Below are positions 54,754 to 64,000 of a DNA stretch of 64,000 nt, one piece after another. The notes below the pieces were generated by a model. That model saw only the letters and a program-made list of their open reading frames with translations, was not told the DNA's origin and did not search any database. Both the position numbers and the translations under genes were made by a program. This stretch comes from Octopus vulgaris (Eukaryota). The stretch covers positions 39,184,001-39,248,000 of the forward strand of contig OX597832.1 of the NCBI GenBank assembly GCA_951406725.2. Reading direction: 5' to 3'. Every line of letters starts with the position of its first letter. The stretch's first letter is position 1.

Positions 54754-55013
54754 ATGTGTATGTGTATGTGTCTATGATAATAAGTTTATGTAAAACATTG
54801 AGAATCTGTATAGTTATGTATAAACCTATGAGTTTTATTTATTTTCTATTATAAAATAATATATATATTATTTTATATTTTATTTCATATCAAGATTTCC
54901 AGGTTTCCAGCCGACAACCGTTCAGGCCTTCCCTGTATATTTGGCGGTAAAAATGACGAGGAAGTATCAGTAATTCGGTGCAAAACAAATGTCGCAAAGG
55001 TAGGACTTCAATT

Positions 55014-55045
<32 letters not shown>

Positions 55046-55082
55046 TACAGATAGATAGTTAGATTGATAGATAGATAGACAC

Positions 55083-55155
<73 letters not shown>

Positions 55156-55963
55156 CGACACTCATCCACACAGATTCCGCTTTCCTAACTTACTCTCAAG
55201 GCAGTCCCTTGCCCAACATGTAGTACTGAACCCGAAACCATACAGCCGTGCCTCCCACATGCAAGCACATGACCGCATATGCACACAGCTTATTTTAGTT
55301 TTAAATACTATCCCGACATTCTTATACATCGTTATATTACCGCTCGAATCCGCCATTCATGCTTGTTTATTAAGCGTTTTGCAGCAATATTTCACGGCGA
55401 AATATTGTCGTGATATTTGTGTGGGAGGTTTTATTTCTGTAATCAATATAATACCTCCTCCTTAAAATTTAATAAAATTTTATTCGCTTCTCTTTGAAAG
55501 TAGAAGCATTTAGTGTAAATTATTTATACCTGAGTGATTTGATTTCGGACTTTTATGTTCCAACTTTACTGTCCGACGTTGCAGGTGCGTATAAATTCAA
55601 TATTCTCTTACAAAGATTTATTTCTGTAATGAATAATACATAGATGTATATGCATACATATACGCACATTTGTGTGTGGGTATATATATGTATATATATA
55701 TATATATATAGAAATATATATATGTATGTATATGTCTATGTATATACTCTTTTACTCTTTTACTTGTTGTGGATTATATATATACACACACATATATATA
55801 TATATATGTTATATATATCATATATATATAATCTATATATGTATATATATATATGTATATATATATATGTTATATATATTATATATATAATCTATATATG
55901 TATATATATACATATATATTATATATATTATATATTATATATACATATTTATATATGCATATA

Positions 55964-56246
55964 TACGATGGGCGTCTTTCAGTTTCCGTCTACCAAATCC
56001 ACTCACATGGCTTGAATCGGCCCAAGGCTATAGAGACTTACCCAAGGGGCCACGCAGTGGGACTGAACCAGGAACGATGTGCTTGGTAAGCAAGCTACTA
56101 ATATATATATATACATAAGAACTTTACAGGAACCATGTGCTTGGTAAGCAAGCTACTAATATATATATATACATAAGAACTTTACAGGAACCATGTGCTT
56201 GGTAAGCAAGCTACTAATATATATATATATACATATGAACTTTACA
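55964..56246 (-). repeat. SINE B 5' half whose end is amplified as a 58-bp tandem repeat (x3)
   Basis: Unit CAGGAACCATGTGCTTGGTAAGCAAGCTACTAATATATATATATACATAAGAACTTTA starts at 56069, 56127 and 56185. Confidence 0.9.
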
Positions 56247-56615
56247 CATCGGGCTTCCACACAGTATCCGTCTACGAAAATCCCCTAAATATCTATTAGC
56301 CCCTGACGTTATAGTAGAAGGTATTTTACGAAGGTAACACAAGTTAGAATCGAACCCCAAACCCCGTTGCCTCAAAACGAACTTAACCGCACTGCCATAT
56401 CTACACCCATTTGCAGTTGTATATCTACGCCTATACCCGTTCTTATGCGTGTATGTTCGTATACGTGTGTGTATGTGTGTGAGTTCGTCTTTGACCGTCT
56501 TTGAATTCCCAAACACTTCAAGACTATAAATTTTATTCAATTCACCTTTTACCTATTCCTGGAATTTTATCGAAATACATTTCATGACCAATTCTTATCA
56601 CTTTATCGCCAAATC

Positions 56616-57262
56616 ATGCTCTCCTTGCTCTCCTTCTTATTAATCCATCATTCTCTCCTTTTCTTTCTCCTCTTTTTTTTCTTTCCGTCTTTTTCCTCTT
56701 CTTCCTTATTAGTTTTCTTATTTTCTTTTCATTTGTTTTCTATTCTCTTTCTATTTTGTCTTCATTCTTCACTTCTTATTCTTTCCTTCCCTTCTTCATT
56801 CTTCCGTTTCTTATTCTTTTTATACTACTTCTTTTTTTCCGTTTACTCCTTCTTCTTTTCTTTTCTTATCTTTTTCCTTCTTCTTCTCCTTCAATGTTTT
56901 CATCTATTTCTTCTTTTCCTTCTTCTCCTTGCACTTCTTCCCCTTTCTCTTCTCATTCTTCTTCCTCTTCTTCTACTTCTCTTTCTCCTCAGCTTTTCCA
57001 CTCTCCTTCCTCCTCATTTTTATTCTCTCCACTCCCTTCGCCTACTTTTTCTTCTTCTTCTTCTTCTTCTTCTTCTTCTTCTTCTTCTTCTCCTTCTTCT
57101 TCTTCTTCTTCTCCTTCTTCTTCTCCTCCTTCTTCTTCTCCTTCTTCTTCTTATTGTTATTGTTATTATCATTATTATTATCATCATCCTCATCATCATC
57201 ATCATCATTATTATTATTATTTCTCATCTATTTCTTCCTCTTCTACCTCTTATACTACTTCT
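56616..57262. repeat. Polypyrimidine low-complexity tract with (CTT)n and (ATT/CAT)n
   Basis: Seen directly. Confidence 0.95.
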
Positions 57263-57599
57263 TGTACGATACGAAGAGAGCAAGGAATAAATTGCTCATC
57301 TCAGATTATTGACTCGGCAGCCACAGCCTGGAGACACGCTAGCAGCCGAACACAGGAAATAATGATGGCGATGATGGGTGGTTTGCAATGATGATGATGG
57401 GAGAGAAAAGTAGTTTCGCAGGTTTGAGTAAACTACCAGCTGTTGCACGCTAAATTATCCGTTATCGATTCGATATCCATCGTTATTCATCTCTATCAAT
57501 TCGTTTCGCTAGCAGCAGCTTTATTTTGAATAAGGTCACACAGGAGCGTCAAATAGAAGAAGTCGGGTATGAAACTTAAACGCCATTTTTTTTTTTTTT

Positions 57600-57700
57600 T
57601 GTCACCTTACCTAGCAACTCTGAGACACGTTGATGCGCAGTTCCTTTTTAAATGGTTCGATCTAGGAAAAAAAAAAAAAAGGGGGCGGTTTCCCAATGAC
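57600..57700. promoter_or_regulatory. Candidate cis-regulatory cluster (RFX X-box-like, GC box, CCAAT)
   Basis: CTTACCTAGCAAC at 57606-57618, GGGGGCGG at 57681-57688 and CCAAT at 57693-57697, in a unique CpG-containing island. Motif match only. Confidence 0.25.
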
Positions 57701-57774
57701 CGTCGCAGAAATTCCTTGCTAAGATCGACGCTGTCGCTATTGCTTTTGGACAATTGCAAGTTTCATGATTGCAA

Positions 57775-57826
57775 GAAGGAGAAAGAGAAAGAAGAAGGAG
57801 AAGAAGAAGAAGAAGAAGAAGAAGAA

Positions 57827-57858
<32 letters not shown>

Positions 57859-58207
57859 AGGGTGAGGAGGATAAGAAGAAGAAGAAGAAGAAGAAGAAGG
57901 AAGAAGAAGAAAAAGAAGAAGGAAAAGAAGAAGAAGAAGAAGAAGAAGAAGAAGAAGAAGAAGAAGAAGAAGAAGAAGAAGAAGAAGAAGAAGAAGAAGA
58001 AGAAGAAGAAGAAGAAGAAGAAGAAGAAGAAGAAGAAGAAGAAGAAGAAGAAGAAGAAGAAGAAGAAGAAGAAGAAGAAGAAGAAGAAGAGGAAAAAGAA
58101 GAAGGAAAAGAAGAAGAAGGAAAAAAAGAAGAAGGAAAAAAAGAAGAAGGAAAAAAGAAGAAGAAGAAGAAGAAGAAGAAGAAGAAGAAGAAGAAGAAGA
58201 AGAAGAA
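57775..58207. repeat. (GAA)n polypurine tract, ~430 bp
   Basis: Seen directly. Confidence 0.98.
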
Positions 58208-58208
58208 A

Positions 58209-58760
58209 ATGCTGCCTGAAGTACTGAAGTACCAGACAGTGGCTTCTGATCTTAACTGATTGGAAGTGTTATCATATAATTTGTTTTGTATTGATATAGA
58301 AGACGGGCTACAGCAAATATTCTGCTCAGTTGTTTGACCTTAAGCAATTGAGCATGTCCCTTGGTGGCTGATGATATGAGCATCTCTGATCACGAGCAGA
58401 AGTAGTGGAGGAGCATCATAGCCATATGTTGAGAATGATGCTTTGGGGTTTGGATAATTCATCTCTGGAAACATGGATGTTTCGTTCAACGTCCTTAAAC
58501 AACCCTTATTCAGGGACCGTTTGAACGGGATGGGTATACTCAATCTGAAAAAAATTCTAACTGGGCCCCACCTGCAAGGTCATGCGCTGTTTATCTTGAT
58601 ATGAGATCACCATGTCGCGCACATATGGTTATGATGCATGTGCCTAGTGTACCCTTATCAGACGGGTAGTCATGATGGGTATACTGAGCTTCGTATACTT
58701 TACCCCAGTGTCACTTTGATGGCATGCACTGCTCTCTCACTCAATAATAATGATAATAAT
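58209..58760 (+). mobile_element. Probable 3' end/UTR of a non-LTR retroelement with (AAT)n tail, unclassified
   Basis: GC-richer block ending CTCTCTCACTCAATAATAATGATAATAAT. It looks like a common octopus repeat from memory but is single-copy in this window. Confidence 0.4.
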
Positions 58761-59180
58761 AAACCATGGGCAGAGATTTCTATTTACCTATTTCTCTGTC
58801 TACTTTTCTATGTATTTGTCCATTTATTTATGTATTTATCTATCTATATTCTTTTATTCTGTTACTTGTTGCAGTCATTTCACTGCGGCCATGCTGAAGC
58901 ACCGCCTTAAAGGGGTTTTTTGTCGAAGAAATTGACCCCAGAACCTATTCTTCGTAAGCCTAGTACTTATTCTAATTGGTCTCGTTTGCTAGATTCTTCT
59001 ACTATAAAATTTCGATATAACAGTGCATGCGCTTGATATCACAAGTATGACTTTAAAAATCACGTCTAAGCCTTTTAGAAATGAGTCAAAATAAGGCGGT
59101 TCCATCGGTTGTTAATAAATAAATTGTAATAACAGAAGAAAAAATCAGGGATTATTAATATTATTGGTATTGTTGTTCTC

Positions 59181-59203
59181 AATAATAATAATAATAATAA
59201 TAA

Positions 59204-59234
<31 letters not shown>

Positions 59235-59242
59235 AAGAAGAA

Positions 59243-59289
<47 letters not shown>

Positions 59290-59324
59290 AGAAGAATAGC
59301 AACAACAACAACAGCAACAACAAC

Positions 59325-59379
<55 letters not shown>

Positions 59380-59442
59380 GTAATTGCAACAACAATAGCA
59401 ACAACAACAACAATAACAACAACAATAATAATGATGATGATG

Positions 59443-59505
<63 letters not shown>

Positions 59506-59517
59506 GTAATAATAATA

Positions 59518-59549
<32 letters not shown>

Positions 59550-59551
59550 AA
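59181..59551. repeat. Compound trinucleotide microsatellite (AAT)/(GAA)/(AAC)/(GAT)
   Basis: Seen directly. Confidence 0.98.
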
Positions 59552-59687
59552 TTGACCAGAAATATGTGACACATTGAAATATCAAAATATCATTGCTGAT
59601 GGAATGAGATTTGAAAACAAACGCTGTAGTCGCTAAAATAAACATTATCAAGAGGATATCAGGAAAATGTATGCGATATGAGAACAA

Positions 59688-59749
<62 letters not shown>

Positions 59750-60568
59750 GAATGGAGAGAAAATACTTGAAAAACGACGGAAGCTTAAGTGAATTAGAAT
59801 TCCAAGTCAAAATTAATGTTTTGGACATGAAATTTTATCCTCAGGGTAATTAGGAAATGGATTTCATTTGGCGACATGATTTTTGCGTCGTTTCTGTTTA
59901 ATTTCATAAACGCTTTATTTGTTTGCTTTTAATTATCTGGCCATTGCTTCAAGATAATAAAGTATTTAGGGAATAAATTATATACAGAAGATATTTTGAA
60001 TCATACCAAGGCTCGCATCTACTTGGAATCACGAATCAATTTGCATATGCAATACCATAAATTAAACAGGCATTTGCCGTTCAATCCCCAGGTCAACCAA
60101 CATTAACCATAATTTAATTTCAAAATGCAATATTGCAAAGTGAAATGCAAATATATATTACAACAGTCAGAGAAATGATGTGGAGAATTTGCTAGCAAGT
60201 AATATAGACAAAGGAATAAATTTTATATGGGGAAGAAGGAGAAACGTTTGACGTTTCGGACAGAACATTTCACCAGATTTAAAAGAAATTTCAACTGGTA
60301 ATGCCTGATAATATTTATAATATAATTTTTGTCTCCGATAATACGGTTTCCACCCGAAAGATTACACATTTTTTGAAACTTCTGGCATAAAATATATTTC
60401 ACTGTTTCAACTACAAATAAATTCCTTTAATAGAACACACGCACATAGGCATATTTTATTTTATATTTTATCTAGTTTCAGCTCACGAGCTGTGGCCATG
60501 CTGGGGCACCGCCATATATATATATATATATATATAATCAAAATTAACAACAAGGATATCCAGAGGTA

Positions 60569-60657
60569 ATGCAGTACGATCGTTTCATGCAACTCCATTT
60601 AATTGAACAATGCAATCGTTTCATCAATTTAAAATGCAGAGCAATCCTCAGCTGCAC
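60569..60657 (-). ncRNA. Type I hammerhead ribozyme fold with extended stem II
   Basis: Minus strand reads GTGCAG-CTGAGGA-[58 nt hairpin]-GAAAC-GATC-GTA-CTGCAT. Stem I is 6 bp, stem III has a palindromic GATC loop, and the GUA cut is predicted at 60575. Confidence 0.75.
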
Positions 60658-61167
60658 AAAGACATACAATTTAATTAAATTAAAACAGTTGGACACATTA
60701 CTATAATTATACCGAAAATCTCCAAGAAGTGAAGGAGATAGACAAAGAACATGCCTTCACGCCAGAATAGAAGCTTAAATGAAGGCAGAGGCTTTCATGG
60801 AAATATTCTATATATATGCACACACATACATACGCGCACACACATGTAAACACACACACACACACACACACACACATAATTAATGAGGACAAGTTACCAT
60901 TCCCAGATTAAGATTTTACGATTGAACAAATCTGAGATCAAATTAAACAGCATTGTGACAAAATACACATTTTGTGGCTGAGATGCTTCAGCAGAGTTTC
61001 AAAATTCGATTTATTCTGATAAATCCGTGGTACTACAGTAAGTATGTTCTAGTTGGACCACATATTACACAAGTTGTTTTAGCAAGGCTACAAAGCGAAG
61101 CCGTTCTCATATGACTACTACTGCTCGTATGTGCACGATTTCTGATTCCACACGTGCACAGGGAAGG

Positions 61168-61199
<32 letters not shown>

Positions 61200-61228
61200 C
61201 AAAAGAAAAACAGGATGCAAAGAATTTA

Positions 61229-61316
61229 GCGGTACATATGTTTCTGGCCTTTATTAGACAGTTTATATTAATGCATAATTGATGTAATATGTATGTCAAT
61301 AGACTTCATCAGCCAC
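61229..61316 (-). ncRNA. Type I hammerhead ribozyme fold, second divergent family, extended stem II
   Basis: Minus strand reads GTGG-CTGATGA-[61 nt imperfect hairpin AGTCTATTGACA...TGTCTAATAAAGGCC]-GAAAC-ATAT-GTA-CCGC; cut predicted at 61233. Confidence 0.7.
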
Positions 61317-61419
61317 GCACAATTACCACACCAAGGACATGTATTACATTATAATTTCGGGTAAAAGACGATTTTCGTTGGGGATGCAACGCTTTAATTT
61401 AATTAAATTGTATGTCTTT

Positions 61420-61508
61420 GTGCAGCTGAGGATTGCTCTGCATTTTAAATTGATGAAACGATTGCATTGTTCAATTAAATGAAGTTGCATGAAACGATCG
61501 TACAGCAT
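61420..61508 (+). ncRNA. Type I hammerhead ribozyme fold (mirror copy of 60569-60657)
   Basis: GTGCAG-CTGAGGA(61426-61432)-...-GAAAC(61491)-GATC-GTA-CAGCAT; one mismatch in stem I; cut predicted after 61502. Confidence 0.7.
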
Positions 61509-61536
61509 TACCTCTGGATATCCTTGTTGTTAATTT

Positions 61537-61574
<38 letters not shown>

Positions 61575-61876
61575 CATACATACACGCATACACACCCATA
61601 CATACATATATGCATACTTACATACATACATACATTCATACATAACCACACACGCTCTACGCTCAGCGAAAACAGTCTATTTCTCTTACTCATTTATCAC
61701 TTTCCCTTCCGTGCTGTTAAAGAGAAATTACTCGAAATGTATTTCCTCTGCTTATTTCTTTCATTATTTTAGCATCACTTTTTATTTATGCGCTTTTGTC
61801 TCACCACCTGTTTTTTTTTTTTCTTCTGTCTCTTCCTATATTATTTTCTGTTTCTTACCTCATAACATTATTCGTT

Positions 61877-62149
61877 TATTCTGTTGTGTCTGGGGAGAGT
61901 CATTTTCTTTTTGTGCCTTGTAATATAACACACGCATCGGTAAAATTTTTACTTTTTTCTTATTTTTATTCTCCTAAAATTTTCGTTGCCTCTTGCAAAC
62001 TTTCAAAAGTCAAGACTATTGAAAAGGTTGCAAGACGCAACGAAAATTTTAGGACAATAAAAATAAGAAATAAGTGGAAATTTTACCGGTGAGTGTGTTA
62101 CGTAATAAAGCACAAAAAGAAGATGACTCTCCCCAGACACAACAGAATA
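61877..62149. mobile_element. Foldback MITE-like palindrome (~135-bp imperfect arms, 2-nt loop, TA at both ends)
   Basis: TA|TTCTGTTGTGTCTGGGGAGAGTCAT ... ATGACTCTCCCCAGACACAACAGAA|TA; centre AGTC-AA-GACT at 62008-62017. Confidence 0.85.
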
Positions 62150-62848
62150 TGCTTCAACACACGAATTCATATAAAGAATCTCGGAAACCAAATCCCAAAA
62201 CGAAATTATTCATTTAATTTGTGCGTTTATAATCTATATGTGTGTGTCAAGTGGATGGATGTGTGTTTTACATGTATTGTGCCAGGTGTCGCGTTGTACG
62301 CCACTCCATCCATCCTTTCCAGCACTGATCAGTTTTAATATTACATCAGATTAAGGCGGCGAGCTGGCTTATCCCCTATTTGATTTATCCCCTCCTTGGA
62401 ATTGCTGGTCTTTTACTAAAATTTGAAATCAAAATTTCATCGGAACTCATGATTGCAAGGTGCACTTGTTCATATTTTGGTCATTCAAGAGTCCTGTTAT
62501 ACATATTCTAGTATGTATAAACATTCGTAGACATGCGCTTGTGCTGACATACATGTAACACACATATAAATATACACACGTTGTATATGCCTGTGTATAT
62601 ATATTGTGTGTGTGGGGGGGGAGAGAGAGAGAGAGAAAGAGAGAGATAGATTCAACGTGCTTTTCGTCTGCTCAGTTATGTTGAGAAAGAGCAGCAGAAA
62701 TAGATAGATGGCTGGATGGAAGAATAGATGGACAGACAGACAGACAGGCACACAGACTGACGGACACATAGAAAGACATACAGACAGATGACAGACACAC
62801 ACACAGACATACAGACGGACACACAGACACACAGACGGACAGACACAC

Positions 62849-62880
<32 letters not shown>

Positions 62881-62907
62881 CGAGAGAGAGAGATAGAGAT
62901 AGATAGG

Positions 62908-63036
<129 letters not shown>

Positions 63037-64000
63037 TAGCAGGCAGGTAGGCAGGCACTCGAGAGAAATTAAATGTAATATCGATGGTGTGGACATGAGT
63101 GGCACAGACAGGGAATAACAGTGAGAGACTAGTAGAATAGTAAATTGTATTATGTGATTGCTGTATAGATAAATTGAATGCCATGACAGAAGCACACAAT
63201 AGTAAATTAAACTAAATTAATGCAGATCAAATTAAATTAAGTTAACAAATAGTTTTAGACTCAGAGCCTTTTTGATGCATAAATTGTTAATGTTCAGTCG
63301 TCATCGCTTTCGGATTTAATAACGCATCAACAAACATACTGTTTGTTTTTCCATAGATAACTTACTTAATCCGGAATACAACAATTCTTACAGTTGACAC
63401 ACATAATATATGTATTACTGTATGTCTAGTTCGTTTCGGAATATAAATGAGGATGTTTAAGTTTTTAATAAAGTGCAATGAGGAAATTTATGGCATCGTG
63501 TATTCCAAGATGTTTCTGTCACATGTTACTCTGGGTTCGAACACGGAGCTGGATGTTGTGAGTTGATAAAATTTTCGCTAAACCTCATCACAACTGGTGC
63601 CTTGTGAAACCAGCTTAGTCTTCTCCGTCAATACAAGCTAGTTTCTTATATTGAGATATTGTAATACTCTCTCATCTCAAATATATGATAGCTACACCGA
63701 CTTCGTAGGCAATAATGTATATATGTGTATGGAATACAATGGAAGATGTTCAAGCAGTTACAAGGCATCAAGTTACTTATAGAATATTTATCCGAAATGG
63801 AGTACGAAAATACATAAATTTAGCAGAAAGCAAAAGGGATTCGTAGGGTGAAAATTCATAAACAGGTACAAATCAAGAAAATTTATGAAGTAATGCCGTT
63901 GATGACACAGAAGCGAATTCGAACAGGCCTTCGGGATAGTTCAACCTAGATCGATAAGTAAAATCCATAGGACCATTAATGAAAACATTGTAAGTAATGA

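Larger units (their letters stand above)
60537..61540. mobile_element. 148-bp inverted repeat pair (60537-60684 / 61393-61540) bounded by (TA)n, 708-bp spacer; putative inverted PLE 3' ends
   Basis: Arms are reverse complements with 2 mismatches by my reading. Each abuts a TA tract and contains a hammerhead fold. Confidence 0.9.

Noticed and set aside
56069-56246. Regularly spaced repeats (also 695-1311 and 41661-41754) as CRISPR-like arrays
   Set aside because: The intervening sequences are identical rather than unique spacers, the context is eukaryotic, and there are no cas genes.

Overview
AT-rich, non-coding eukaryotic DNA saturated with microsatellites. From the SINE families I recognise it is most likely an octopus/cephalopod intron or intergenic region (inference). 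I found no convincing host protein-coding exon, and almost every entry in the ORF track is a microsatellite or SINE artefact. The window holds several tRNA-derived SINE families (some with clear target-site duplications), a decayed full-length mariner, and fragments of Chapaev3-like, R4/Dong-like and Tx1-like elements. It also holds two decayed Penelope-like element (PLE) GIY-YIG endonuclease ends. The most interesting signal is a set of short cassettes that sit in (TA)n tracts. They form tail-out inverted repeats or spacer-less palindromes. Several carry type I hammerhead ribozyme folds on either strand (12712-12770, 60569-60657, 61229-61316, 61420-61508, plus decayed copies), three with an unusually long stem II and a fixed ~37-38 nt distance to the TA tail. 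I infer a (TA)n-targeting, ribozyme-bearing PLE-derived mini-element system. All of this comes from manual reading; no alignment, folding or database search was run.
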